A DNA stretch of 64,000 nucleotides from Neodothiora populina. Lineage: Eukaryota. Below the pieces are notes generated by a model. That model was not told where the DNA came from and did no database searches. It saw only the letters and a list, made by a program, of their open reading frames with translations. A program made the translations under genes and the position numbers. Below, piece by piece: positions 47,024 through 60,157 of this stretch. The DNA lies in assembly GCF_041146345.1 (NCBI RefSeq), contig NW_027191406.1, positions 744,001-808,000 of the forward strand. Direction: 5' to 3'. Numbering within the stretch: position 1 is the stretch's first letter; each line of letters begins with the position of its first letter.

Positions 47024-50000
47024 ATGGGTGTTGCCGGGCTATGGACTGTCGTGCAGCCATGCGCTCGTCCCATCAAGATCGAGACGCTGAACAAAAAGCG
47101 ACTCGCTGTCGACGCCTCAATCTGGATATATCAATTTCTAAAAGCCGTGCGCGACAAGGAGGGAAATGCTTTGCGTAACAGTCATGTTGTCGGTTTCTTC
47201 CGGCGCATATGCAAGTTGCTGTTTATCGGTATCAAACCCGTTTTCGTCTTCGATGGCGGAGCCCCGGCACTGAAGCGACAGACGATAAGAGGCCGCACGC
47301 AACGAAGGGAAGGAAGACGAGAAGATGCGACTCGCACGGCTGGCAAGCTGCTGGCATTGCAGATGCAAAGGTTAGCCGAGGAAGATGATGCTAAACGGAA
47401 ACGTGAAGCAGAGAGAGGCCGCGAGGAGATTGAAGAAGACATTGGAGAAAACCCTGTATATGTGGACGAAATACTCATGACGCAGCAAGAGCGTCAGCAG
47501 AACAGGAAGTTCAAGAAGAAGGATCAGTATCATCTCCCTGAGCTTGATGTTTCACTGGCTGAGATGGCGTCCAATGATCCGAGAATCATGTCACTAGAAG
47601 AGCTCGAGGCCTACGCGAGACAATTCGATACAGGCGAAGACATCAACGTATATGATTTTTCCAAGATCGACTTTGACAGTACCTTCTTCACCAGTCTTCC
47701 TGCCAGCGATCGCTATAACATCCTCAATGCTGCTAGATTGAGGAGCAGACTGAGAATGGGTTACTCCAAGGAACAGCTCGACACGATGTTTCCCGATCGC
47801 ATGGCCTTTTCCAAGTTCCAGATTGAGCGAGTCACGGAGAGAAACGAGCTCACCCAACGTCTGATGAACATCAACGGCATGAACGACGATGGCATGTTTG
47901 ACACTGCTGGTTCCGGGCGCATCGCTGGTGAGAAGGGAAGGGAGTACGTGCTTGTCAGAAACGAAGGTGTCGAAGGTGGTTGGGCTTTGGGAGTCGTTGG
48001 CGGCAACGATGAGGGTCGCACGGAAAGCAAGCCCATCGACGTTGACCAGATTGAACGCGCCAAGCAAGAGGAGGAAGAAGACTGGGAAGAAGAAGATGAT
48101 GAATTCGAAGACGTACCTATCGAAGGTCTCAACAGATTACCCAAAGCGACGAAAGGACCCGATGGCGCGAAACCGATTCCTGTTCTCCAAAAGAAGCGTG
48201 CAGCTTACAACGCACGCCGTCGAGGACCTACAAAACCTCAGAGGACTGCAACAAGACCCGTAGTCGACGACCCAGACTCACTCTTCGTGGCGGACGAAGA
48301 CGCTGCCCCAGTCGACATACCTGACAACGCCGACAACGAGGTCGCATCTGACGAAGAAGACTTACAACGAGCTATCGCCATGTCTCTAGAGCAAGGTGAT
48401 GCAGATGAGGAGGAAGACAAGGAAGATTGGCTTGACGTCTTTGAGCAAAAGCGCGCAGATGAAGCACAGCCACTTCCACGTGGTAGAGGACAAGCTATTG
48501 CGCATATAGTCAACAACCGAGCCAACAAATTTGTGCCTTCAGCTAAGAGCGCTAGCCCTGACAAGATGGAAGCTGCCGTTGAGTCTGCAACTACGCGTCC
48601 AGCCCATTCTGCGCTTGCGGCTGATACGGATGATTCAAATGACGGCAGTGATAGCGATGATATGGACTTTCAAGCAGCATTGGCTGAGTCTCGCAAGTCC
48701 AAATATCAAGTCAAACGCAAAATCCCTCGTCCGGGGCCAGTCGAGTCGAAACCACCGACGACATCTTCGACTGAGCCTAAGAAGTCTGCTTTTGGCGGCC
48801 CCCTGCCCTTCGAGAAGCTGGACCTCGGCAGCTCCTTGCTGGGGAAGAAGAAGATGGAGAAACTCCAGCAAGAAAACGCCGGAGGCTTCGAAAAAGCAGA
48901 CACAGAGAAAACCAAAGCGAAGAAAGAACCATTGCCTCCATGGTTCGAAGGCGATCTTGATGATGGCCTGGCAGCACAAAAGAAGATCGAGCAAGAAGAT
49001 CGCGAGAAGGCGAAGACTTTTAGGGAGAGTTACGAGTTTCAGCAGTTACCTACTCTCCAGAGAAGGTCTTCAAGGGAGGTCATTGATCTTGATGACGAGC
49101 CCGACAATACTCAACCGACAGAAAACTTCATCGAACTCGAGTCTTCGGACGACGAAATGTTTCCTGTCGCTCGTAATACTTCGAAGCAGAAAGAGGAACC
49201 CACAATGGGTGACATTGCTGACACTATACGTGCTGATCCACCGAGTCCTGAGCCCGCGCCGTTGTCTGCCAAACCGCCGATCCCCCGACCAGCTGAAGAC
49301 ATGTCCATGGATTCCCAGCCCGAAGTGCATACTGAACGTGACGAAACGAGTATACAGCCGGAACAGTCCGCAAATGCACACGATGGAGCCGAAGACGAGC
49401 CTTTCGAGTGGGAGGAAAGTGACAAGGAGGAGGGACAAGAAAAGACAGGACCAATCACTAACGAAAAGAGAGAACTGTCTGAGTCTCCCCTACCAGACTT
49501 TGAGGATGCTGACGTTCCTGAGCAGCCGAATGACGCTACTGTTGAAGCTGCCCGCGAGAAGACTGCATCTCCAGATCCTCAGCCCACGCCTGCTTCGGCG
49601 CCCACTTCAGGTTTGGCAGATCAAAATCTGCCTGCAGACGCCGGCGAAGACGAGTTTGGTTATATGTCTGATTCTGATGACGATGAACTGATGCGTGCTC
49701 TCGCGATCGAAGCAGAGGAACATGCGCGATTCGCCTCTACACTAAATCACAAGACTCAGCAGCAAAACGTCGAAGACTACGAGCGTGAGCTGAAGCAGCT
49801 CCGCTCACAGCAGAAGAAAGATCGACGAGACGCAGACGAGGTCACCCAAGTAATGATTCAAGAATGCCAACAACTCCTCAAGCTCTTCGGCCTCCCTTAC
49901 ATTACCGCTCCTATGGAAGCCGAAGCACAGTGCGCCGAGCTAGTGAACCTCGGTCTAGTAGACGGCATAGTGACAGACGACTCTGATTGCTTCCTCTTCG

Positions 50001-50818
50001 GCGGCACACGTATCTACAAGAACATGTTCAACCAAGCCAAATTCGTAGAATGCTACCTCATCTCCGACCTAGAGAAGGAGTTCGATCTCACTCGGCAAAA
50101 GCTCATCGGCCTAGCCAACCTCCTCGGATCCGACTACACCGAAGGCCTACCCGGCGTAGGTCCAGTCACAGCGCTCGAGATCCTCTCCGAGTTCCCCTCC
50201 CTCTCAGACTTCAGATCATGGTTCGAAGCCGTGCAGATGAACCAGATCCCCAAGACCGAAGACGCAGGGAATCCCTTCCGCAAGAAATTCCGCCGTCAAG
50301 CCTCCAAACTGTTCCTGCCGCCCTCCTTCCCAGACCCACGCGTCGACCTCGCATACCTTCAACCCGAAGTCGACAGCGACCCTTCGCCCTTCCAGTGGGG
50401 CGTGCCGAACCTCGACGCTCTGCGCTCTTTCCTCATGGCCACGATAGGATGGTCGCAGGAGCGCACGGACGAGGTCCTCGTGCCTGTCATCAAGGACATG
50501 AATCGCAGGATGGACGAGGGCACGCAGAGCAATATCACTGCGTTCTTTGACGGCGGCACGGGCACAGGTGCGTATGCGCCGAGGAAGAAGGTCGATATGG
50601 GGAGCAAGAGGATGGGCAGCGCGCTCGAAAGATTGGCTCGTGAAGCCAAGAGGAAGAGAAAGAGTGGTGCAGATGTAGACGGAGATGACGGTGACGATGA
50701 TGCTGATGAGGTGGCGGGGAGTGATAATGCTGCTGCTGCTGCTGCTGCTACTGCGAAGTCGGCGCCTGCTCGGAAGACGAGAGCTAGCAGGGCTACTACT
50801 GCAAAGAAAAGTGGATAG
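47024..50818 (+). CDS. RAD2: XPG/Rad2 nucleotide excision repair endonuclease
   Basis: XPG-N (MGVAGLW..LAVDASIWIYQF..PVFVFDG), XPG-I (APMEAEAQCA, TDDSDCFLFGG, LLGSDYTEG), UIM-like EDLQRAIAMSL, PIP box QSNITAFF. Confidence 0.97.
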   Translation: MGVAGLWTVVQPCARPIKIETLNKKRLAVDASIWIYQFLKAVRDKEGNALRNSHVVGFFRRICKLLFIGIKPVFVFDGGAPALKRQTIRGRTQRREGRREDATRTAGKLLALQMQRLAEEDDAKRKREAERGREEIEEDIGENPVYVDEILMTQQERQQNRKFKKKDQYHLPELDVSLAEMASNDPRIMSLEELEAYARQFDTGEDINVYDFSKIDFDSTFFTSLPASDRYNILNAARLRSRLRMGYSKEQLDTMFPDRMAFSKFQIERVTERNELTQRLMNINGMNDDGMFDTAGSGRIAGEKGREYVLVRNEGVEGGWALGVVGGNDEGRTESKPIDVDQIERAKQEEEEDWEEEDDEFEDVPIEGLNRLPKATKGPDGAKPIPVLQKKRAAYNARRRGPTKPQRTATRPVVDDPDSLFVADEDAAPVDIPDNADNEVASDEEDLQRAIAMSLEQGDADEEEDKEDWLDVFEQKRADEAQPLPRGRGQAIAHIVNNRANKFVPSAKSASPDKMEAAVESATTRPAHSALAADTDDSNDGSDSDDMDFQAALAESRKSKYQVKRKIPRPGPVESKPPTTSSTEPKKSAFGGPLPFEKLDLGSSLLGKKKMEKLQQENAGGFEKADTEKTKAKKEPLPPWFEGDLDDGLAAQKKIEQEDREKAKTFRESYEFQQLPTLQRRSSREVIDLDDEPDNTQPTENFIELESSDDEMFPVARNTSKQKEEPTMGDIADTIRADPPSPEPAPLSAKPPIPRPAEDMSMDSQPEVHTERDETSIQPEQSANAHDGAEDEPFEWEESDKEEGQEKTGPITNEKRELSESPLPDFEDADVPEQPNDATVEAAREKTASPDPQPTPASAPTSGLADQNLPADAGEDEFGYMSDSDDDELMRALAIEAEEHARFASTLNHKTQQQNVEDYERELKQLRSQQKKDRRDADEVTQVMIQECQQLLKLFGLPYITAPMEAEAQCAELVNLGLVDGIVTDDSDCFLFGGTRIYKNMFNQAKFVECYLISDLEKEFDLTRQKLIGLANLLGSDYTEGLPGVGPVTALEILSEFPSLSDFRSWFEAVQMNQIPKTEDAGNPFRKKFRRQASKLFLPPSFPDPRVDLAYLQPEVDSDPSPFQWGVPNLDALRSFLMATIGWSQERTDEVLVPVIKDMNRRMDEGTQSNITAFFDGGTGTGAYAPRKKVDMGSKRMGSALERLAREAKRKRKSGADVDGDDGDDDADEVAGSDNAAAAAAATAKSAPARKTRASRATTAKKSG

Positions 50819-51059
50819 TAGACAACAAATAGAGACTGCGAGCACAGCATGCACGACGACAATGGTCATGTATATTTATAAGTGAAAAAATCAATTCATA
50901 ATATACGGGCCAGTCCATGAAACGACTAACATTCATTCCATTTTTTGGTCTTCCTCACTCCCATCCTCATATAAAACAAGTTTTGTAACTATGTAGTGGA
51001 TAATGCATCATGACTGCCTCCTCATGACTGCCTCAACTGCAATGTAAAAAAGAGTAAAT

Positions 51060-53928
51060 CTACACAGTGATGTTCATCTCGTCCTCCTCTGGTGCAGCGG
51101 CTGCGACGTCTTCGTTGCCATCAGCAGCATCAGCATCAAGCTTGACGCCACCGTCCTCATCCGCAAGAGTTTCCTCTTCGCCCGCCGCGGCAGTCGCCGG
51201 CGTGTCTTCGGCAGATGTAGCGGCAGCGCCTGCTGAACCATCGGCATCAGTGGCGGCTTGTGGTTGACGACGAGCCTGGCTGTGGTCGATTAATGGCGTC
51301 TCGTCGTTGTAGAGACGGAGCAGCATGGCGCGGCGTTCTTCCTTGGGTAACATCAGGTTGAGGGCCGAGATTGAGCGCCAGAGGGGCAGGGTGAGTCGCT
51401 CGCTGTGTGGTTGTCAAATGTCAGTGAGATGTATCTTGAGAACAAATCTGTTTGTCATGAAGGATGAAAGAAGAACTTACCCGAATCCATCTTCGTCGGC
51501 GCTGGGCTCGACGCGGAGAACACAGCATCCCATGCCGATGTCTCGCACTCTCTCGCCGATCTCGCCTAGTTCGGTCCAGCCGTTGCCAGAGACACGAGGG
51601 AACATCTCGATGAGGAGTTTGCGCAGAGTTTCGCGCTTGGTCAAGCGTACGATTCTGCCCTCGCCGACCCAGCCTTCGAGGATGGGAAGACCCTCGCTCT
51701 GGACGCGCCAGCGGCATACGTCTTGGCCTTGGGCGTCTTGCTTGACGAACATCTTGACGCCGGAGTGGACGAACTTCATGCCGCGTCCCTCATTCTTGGT
51801 AAGGATGTCTTTCGCTAATGCGGTGGTGTAGTAGATGGCCTTGACGGGGTTGCCAGAGGCGTTTCGCACCATGAATCTGTCGCGTGGGAAACGATCGGAG
51901 ATCTGATAGAAGGAGAAGATGCTCTCTAGCTCCTCGTGGTCGGGTGACAGGTACTTGAAGGGCTCCTCGTGCGGTTGGTTGTTGCGGCGCTGCTTCGTGG
52001 GCGCATTTGCTACGCTCTCCGAGGCGGTTTGACCGTTCGAGAAAGGAGCGTTTGAATCCGTCACAGGCGCCGATTTAGCGGGTGCTGACTTGGCAGGCGC
52101 TGTGTCGTCGTTCTCTCGTGGTTGTATCGAGGGAGGTAGGGGAGTATGTTCCATCTGACCAACCTCTCCGATAGTGCCACCACCAGTCGATTCGTCCTTT
52201 TCGGTTCTTGCGCGCTTGATAGAGGCGTTGGCAGAATCTCCAACTTCATCGAGGGGACGCTTGTTAGATGCAGGCTCGGGGTCTTCCAGAGCTTCCTTGT
52301 TCTGTCTCTGCGCTGCCGATGCGTTTCCTTGGTCCATGGCGACGTCGATGGTGGCAGGTGCATAGTCCTCAATGGTGTCCAATTTAGGAATCACGCCGTC
52401 CGACTCGGGCTTGGACACGATCTCCTTGGCGATAGAAACAACGGAAGGTGTGGTGTTGGAGGATTTGGTGTCCGACTCGGGCTTCGCCTTGATCTCTGAC
52501 TTCTTCTCGAGGACAGTGATGAAGAAACCCCCGGTATCCTGTTGTTGAGGGTAAACACGGACACAACGATCCAGAGGAAGCTGGCTGCTCTCAGGTGCGA
52601 ACATGCCAGGCACAACACGTTCAAGACTAGCCTCGAACTTCTTGGATTTGGCGTCCTCGACCTCGGCGTAGCTTCCCCAAATGCGACCTTCCTTGTCCAT
52701 GATCTTCCAGTCCTTGAGACCATGGTTGCGCTTGAGCTCAGGCAACTTGGTGCTGACGTCGATGATGTCGACCTTCTCGATGCCACCACATCGCTCGATG
52801 GCGCTGGCAATGACGGCCTCGTTCTCCACAGGGTTCAGACTGCAGGTGGAGTAGACAACGCGGCCTCCGACCTTGAGCATCTGTAGAGCACGAACAAGAA
52901 TGCGCACCTGGGTCATGTACAGACCCAGACCGTTGCCGGGAATCCAGTCTTTCCAGATGTTGGGGTTCTTTCTACAGGTACCGTCACCAGAGCAGGGGAC
53001 ATCAGCCAAGATACGGTCAAACTTGAGCCACTTGCTCTTTGGTCGCTGGCCGTTGGGTACACGGTCAGATGGAAGCTCGATGGAAGGGAAGAGAGTGGCA
53101 TCGTGGTTCATGACGACCAGATTGGGGCTGTTCAATCGCTTGACCTGGTGGACAAGCATCTGAGCACGCTGGTAATTGACATCGTTGGCCACTAAGAGTC
53201 CGGTGGACCTTCCTTCGTCGCTGTAATCGCCCTCTTCCAATTCTTCGCCATCGGCCTTGTCCAAGACCTTGCGGAGACGCGATTCCTCGCCAGCATGGAG
53301 CATCTCCACGAGCTGGGCGCTCTTGCTTCCAGGAGCAGCGCACAGATCGAGAACTGTATGATGAGACTGAACATCGAGCAGAAGTGGAGGAATCATAGAC
53401 ACCGCCTCCTGCCTACTGATGTTGCCGACTGCCGTTTCAGACACAAGGAATTTCTGGAAAGCCGAGAATGGAGCGAACTTGCGGACGACGTTCTTGGGCG
53501 TGGTCATTGAGTAGGCCAACTTCTCTGGATACCACTCAATGGGCTTGGGAGGCTCAACAGCCTCGTCGTTGAACTTCATCGAAAGGATCTGAGGGATGTA
53601 ATTGTCCTTGAGGTTCTTCTCAACGGCAAGCGCATGTCCTTTGCTGCCACAGAAACGGAAGGAGTTGGGCAACTCTCTTCGCAGCGCAGCCCAGAACTGA
53701 TCTCTCTCTTCACCCTCGGGCACAATGCTGAGCTCATTGTAATATCTCTCGAACTGCTCATTTTCCTTCTTTACTTCTTGATAATTTTGTCGAGTCGTCG
53801 ACCAGGCCCCACCGCCGCGGCCCTTGCTGCCGCCACCTTTGTTCTTGCCCCAATTCTGTAATTCGATTAGTGGTCGCACAGAGAACCCACGTTGCGACAT
53901 GTCTACCTACTCCTCTTTTCTTTCCCAT
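51060..53928 (-). CDS. NCL1: tRNA (cytosine-5)-methyltransferase Trm4/NSUN2; 18-nt first coding exon, 2 introns
   Basis: GNISRQEAVSMIPP, VLDLCAAPGSKS, FDRILADVPCSGDGTCRKN, VYSTCSLNPVENEAV, QDTGGFF; last exon LPLWRS..LNLMLPKEERRAML. Confidence 0.96.
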
Positions 53929-55829
53929 TTTTTCGATGCTTTGCAAAAGTCTAGAAATACAATCGGATTTTGGATTGTAAAGAAATCCGAAGCTCCAGAG
54001 ATCTCCATGAATGCACGGACTAAAGCTAAAAGCCGGTGCGTACAATATTTCAAACTTATCAGATCAAACATTTCACTCTAGTCACATGTCGCAATCGAAG
54101 ACTACACCTACCTACTCCTTCAGAGTCATGTCCTTCAATCTGGATATGGCAGTCAAGTACCTCGCCAAGGCAGTATGCAAAGGATAACAAGCATGTACAC
54201 CAGTTGTAACATATCTTTCCATAAAGTATATTGTTCGCAGTTTACGCTGAAGCTTGTGCGACTCTGCAGTGCGTAAGCGGTGTTCGGTATCGCTGACTAC
54301 GAATGAAACTGTCACCGAGGTAGTAGACTCACTTGCAATGCCTTTCTTTGGAGAATAATCACTAGCAATGCTTGTAGTCCTAGAAACTGGCGTGCCAGGT
54401 TGCAAAGACATGTATACGTTTTTCCTTGTGGAGGGTCGAGTCCTGAATGCAATCTCCAGCTAATACGAGCACCAATAACACGCTCTTGGCTTCATGCGCC
54501 GCGAAATTGGTGATGCATTGAACAATGCTGACTTTGATCATACCATGGAATTGAGCTCTCCCATCCAATCTCGCACGCTACTGCGCTTTTGTTTCTGGAT
54601 CTCGTGAGCAGCATGGCGACGAACATGTGTCTCTAACCTAGCAGCATAAACTGCTTCAACAAGATCAGGGAGGCTCTCGTGGTTGCTGCGAGGAGCGAAA
54701 CTACAGGCGAGCAGCATTTCTGTAGGACTCCATCGAGAAGGAGAGAGGAGCTTCGGCATCCTGCCAGGATAGAGGTTCCATTACTTGTCTGCACACTCCG
54801 CCCGCAGCCCGACTGCAGTACCCACGTTCAGGTAGAAATACCAAACTTTCGATGTCTTGCTCGCTAATGAACCATGCAACGAAGCTTTGCTGTCTGGCGC
54901 ATATCATCTTGCCTTTCTACTGGACCCATGAGAATGTCTTCATACAGAACACGAACGATACGTGTTCCCCGGAAAGCTGAACCGCAGTGCGTAAGATATG
55001 CAGATGAAACAGCACACCACTTGCCATCTGCAACATGCCGCCCCATGCTGACAAAATGATACGCTTAGGACCTACCTCCGAATTTCTCTCGAGGCTCATA
55101 ATAGCTTTGTGTGTGCATGGCGATAACGTGTGTGCTTGACTTTGTCCAAATATAAATGGCCCGACCAGCCAGGAGAATACGTTTGACTGTGCTAGAAGCA
55201 GAAAGCGGTGCTGTTACGGTATTCTGGCTGCATATGTGCTGGCGGTCTCTTCGTTCACAGTTGTTATGGTTTCAGGATCACTTGACATCATATGTCGCAC
55301 GTAGCACTTTGTGGTTGTGGTATGTATCACCGGCTGTGTGCAGTATGTCGTAGCACATATAGCCAACCACGATCGACTCATCAATGTACTTTCGTATCAA
55401 TAGACTCGGATCAGGGCGGCATCATCATAAGCTTGAGCATGATTTGCGGATTGGAAAATACTGTACACTCTGATTTTTGATACCAGATAGTTGCTAAAGA
55501 AAAATAATAATAAATTATCCATGCGTTGTACAAGTATATCTGTGCTTGAGTAAGGTAAGATACCTTAGTTAAGATGTCCTCTAGCGATGTCATTGTGAAT
55601 AGTGATAAGAGATAGGCGAAGGTCCGTAGGCCGATCTCCGGCGGGCCATTAAAGAACGACCGCACCCCGCAATGCTGTATGTTCGGGATTAGTTAAAGCA
55701 GACCACGGTGAACTTGTCAATGAGGTAGTTTCTGAGACTCCGCCTCGATAAATAGTAACACGGCATCGTGAAGCTGCATCACTGTTCAACAGCAATATAT
55801 TGCGTTATACCGTCACGTCGACTTACATC

Positions 55830-56439
55830 ATGTCTAAGACCCCAGTGCTCACCGTCAAGGCACCTCAGCCTCTGCCTGGCATCTTCTCGCAAGCGATAAT
55901 CGCCAATGGTACCGTGTACTGCTCGGGCTCCATAGCAGCAGATCCCGAAACCGGGAAACTCATCGATGGGGATATCCAGGTAATATATATCAAGTTCCGA
56001 GCAACAGCCAGATTTTTACTGACGATGCGCTGCTAGGCTCATACAGTAAGACGGGATCAACAGACGATAGATTGGCTAGAGCTCCATCTGACCGTTCATT
56101 AGCATCAATGCATCAAAAACCTCAGTGCTGTTCTAGAAGCCGCTGGTTCTTCGATCGACAAGGTCGTTAAGGTCAATGTGTTCCTCGCAGACATGGGTGA
56201 CTTTGCCAAGATGAACGAAGTCTACATGACCTACTGGGGAGATATCAAACCCTGCAGAACGTAAGTGCTTATACATGGATCATTTAGTCTCGACAAGCGA
56301 TGCTTGTGATCGAGGGCGAAGTCTCGAATGCACTCAAGGCGTGTCGCAGGTGCTGACAGATTTTATCTATAGCTGCGTGGCAGTGCAGACGTTGCCATTG
56401 AAGACGGATGTGGAGATCGAGTGCATTGCAGTGTTGTAG
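55830..56439 (+). CDS. RidA/YjgF/YER057c/UK114 enamine-imine deaminase; exons 55830-55979, 56037-56045, 56103-56260, 56373-56439
   Basis: [64 protein letters not shown] (catalytic Arg), VEIECIA. Confidence 0.92.
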
Positions 56440-56783
56440 ATGGCATATATATGCCATCGTAGATTAGGCGGACGAGCTCTCATTCTTGCCCGATGAGCGA
56501 GCCTGCTCTTGTTTACGGCAATTGCTCTGAAGACAATTGCTGAAAGAGTGAAGACGAAACTCTCATGTTGCAGATAACAAAAAGAGAAAACCCCTCAAGG
56601 CCGGGAAGAAGAAGGAGAAGAAGAGGCAACGAGAGTCTGTACAACGATGCTGTCTAAGACGACGCAACTATTTCTGCAGCTGCATGAAGCGAGTGCGAAT
56701 AATGTTGAGCAGTGTTTGGTATAAGAAGGCACTCTGTATGCACAATACATTAGTAAAGTAGGCCGGAAGACATCTGCTGCAGC

Positions 56784-56797
56784 TCGGCAAGTTCCGG
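56784..56797. promoter_or_regulatory. TCGG-N6-CCGG, a UaY/Ppr1-type CGG-N6-CCG site upstream of uaY
   Basis: TCGGcaagttCCGG, ~290 nt before the ATG; one mismatch to TCGG-N6-CCGA. Confidence 0.35.
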
Positions 56798-57084
56798 AAT
56801 AGATTCACCGCGAATCCTACAGCATAGGATTAGTGCATTTCTTATCAACCAAGCTTGGATAAAGACCGAGGCGCGGCTGGCAAGTCAGTGAACACATACT
56901 AAGGTAGAAACGTCGACACTACTATCATCGGATGAACATCATTCTTCCCCGACCTTGTAAACCGACGACGCGTTTCGCCGCCGTGTGGCCATCATATTAC
57001 GTGCTTCACTTAGTTTTGCCTATACAACACTGATTCGTTCCGCATGACACACCGGCTCTTCCTGGTGGAAGCTATGCCGCGCAG

Positions 57085-60000
57085 ATGAACCCCACCAATG
57101 CCCCCAAAAAGAAGCGCCCTAATCAGCAGGCAAATACGAATGACCCTGAGAATAACGAGGGCGCAAGTGATACTGGCGCGAATACATCACCAATTTCTGG
57201 GGCTAACGGATCGTCGGCCATCTCGTCCTCTAATTTTCGTAACGTGAGCGCATGCAATAGATGCCGATTGCGGAAGAACCGCTGTGATCAGAAATTGCCT
57301 GCGTGTACCAGTTGTGAGAAGGCGAATGTCAAGTAGGTGAAATTCAAAGTAGAATCCTTTCGAGAGCGAGACACTGATATACATAAACTAGGTGCGTTGG
57401 ATTTGACCCTGTCAGCAAGAGGGAAATTCCCCGAAGGTAAACACTTCATTTACAAGAAAAAGGCTTCGTAGGGATTGTGCTAAATGTTGTAGTTACGTAT
57501 ATTATCTGGAGAGCCGAGTCCAACATCTAGAGTCTCTACTTCAGAAGAACAACGTTGACTTTGCTCCTGCGGATGATTTTACATTGAGTGTCAACTCTGC
57601 AATACCGCAGACTGGTGATTCAAATACAAAGGATGCCAGCAATGGTGCTCAGCAGCAGGTCGTCCAACATGAGGATGAGCAGACTCGGGAACAGCAAAAC
57701 CATAAGAAGCTCACGAACCTGGTCCACAATGTTGGGCTTGTATCTGTTCAAGGCGCCTCTGACAACCGGTATCTCGGCTCTACGTCCGGTATTTCTTTTG
57801 CGCGCGTTGTGTTTGCCGCAGTCAAAAGTTCTATATCTGGAAATGGATCAGATCGAGGTGGCGTACGACCTTCAAAGCCACTTGGTGGCGCAACAGGTGT
57901 AGGCGGCACGACGATGCGAGACTCGTTCTTTGGTTTGCACACAAAACCGGCCATCAAACCTGCCCCTTTCCCAAGGAAAGAAACAGCACAAGCTCTAGTA
58001 GAGCTCTATTTCGAGCACTCAAATCCTCAGATCCCTGTTTTGCATCGAGGTGAATATATGGACCTTTTTGAGCGATGTTATGCGACAGACGAGAAGAAGA
58101 GGACGCCCAGAGAGCTGTACTTTTTGAACATTATCTGCGCTATCGGCTCCGGAATCATCATGGACACATCTGATTCGGGACAGAACAGGTCCGCGGGATA
58201 TGGAGATCCATCTGATGAGACTCTAGACGAGGCAGCCAAGACGAAAGAAAACCTACCAGATCGCCAAACGCAGCCTGAAGAATATCACTCCTCTGCTATC
58301 ATACATTTAGAATCCTTTCTAGGCTCATCGCCGGCTGCAGAAGGGTTTGGTGGCGGTCTTGAAGAGCTGCAGGCTGTATTACTCCTTGCCGGATTCGCGT
58401 TGCTGCGTCCTGTCGCGCCTGGTCTTTGGTATATAGTGGGGGTTGCCGTTCGCCTTGCAGTCGATCTGGGACTGCACAACGAGGACCCTGAGGCGGTTTC
58501 CGAGCTGAATACCGAGCAGCATAAGTCTGATCGAACAGCGTTGGAGATCGAAGAAAATGGCCGTCGCGAATGGATCCGCGATCTTCGCCGGCGGTTGTGG
58601 TGGTGTGTGTATTCCTTTGATCGCCTTGTCTCGATCTGTGTCGGTAGACCTGTTGGCATCACCGATCAGGTCATCACTACTGAATTTCCTACACTTCGGG
58701 ACGACAGGTATATCAGTCCCAGGGGGTTCCTCACCCCACCTCCTGATGCTTACAGCTCGATACCGAGCTACAAGCATGTTTCATACCACTATTTCCGGCT
58801 GCGTTTGCTGCAATCCGAGATATTACAGGTTCTACAACACCGTCAAACGCAACAGGTACGAGAACGAGGCGTGAATGCAACGAATCAGTGGATGCACGTT
58901 GGCCTTCCTTCGCCGTTCTTGCAAAAACATGGCAGTTTCAGAGAGTGGCGTAGCGACGTCGACAAGAGGCTATGGGAGTGGATACAGGCCTCTCCTACTC
59001 AAACAATGGCAGGCGTAGCATTCTCGCCACTATTCCTCGAGCTCAACTATTGGCAAACTGTCATCATGTTGTATCGTCAGTCCTTATCTGTACCTCCGTC
59101 GCTAGCTGGCGAGCTCGATGCCTCGACTGGAGACGACGTGACAAGCCCAGGCCATGTCGACTATGAGGAGGAAGGAGACGAGGAAATGGTCTTCCTCAAG
59201 GTCGCCGAAGCAGGTCAGAAAGTTTTAAAGATCTACCGACAACTGCATCGAGTGAGGCTTGTGAACTACACCTTCCTCGCCACGCATCATTTGTTTATGT
59301 GTGGTATGTGTTCTCTCAGGTCAATGCTTTCAAGTTAGAGCTAATTCAACCTAGGTATATCATTCCTATATGCGATCTGGCACAGTGTCGTGGTGCGAAG
59401 TAAACTAGTAAGTGATCGTATGGCATGCAACAAGGAAAAAACTAACGGTTTTAGACCTTGGACGATGTCGATTTCACAGTCCTTGCTGCAACCTCAGTGC
59501 TTGACGATCTGATATCGAAATGTGGACCAGCGGAAGCTTGCAGAGATGCCTTCGATAGGATGGCTAAGGCTACGATAGCTATGGCCATGAAAGAGACTGG
59601 TTTTGGTCAAGATGCGCTTAGACATCTACCAGAACGAGTGCAAAATTCGACTTCAAATAACCAATCTCAGATGAAACCTCCGCAGTATACGCAAGACGAG
59701 CACAACATGCTTGACCCCAATCTCCGTCAGCAGACCCAACAGCGACAGAAACGTCCCGCCCCACGCTTCGATATGGATCTTAAGGACTTGTTTTCCGACG
59801 ACGAGTACCCGAGTCGAGCGTCAAAGTTACGTCGGACTCAATACCAGCCTACACACTCACCGAGTACTGCGATCAAACGGGAGCCGTCGGGCACATTCTC
59901 AACTACAAGTTCTGTGCCTCCTCAGATGAGCACACACGGCCCTTATAGGCAACAGCAGACAACTTCACCGCATATGTACTCGCCTTCCACTCCTGTCGAT

Positions 60001-60126
60001 CCTTCTCTGCAAACGCAAACCAGGCCTACACCGTCAACATCTCCGAGTCAACATCAGCAACAAGAGCGGACATATTTTGCGAACGTGCCAAATTACACGG
60101 TTCAACAGCAACAACGACAGCAGCGA

Positions 60127-60157
<31 letters not shown>

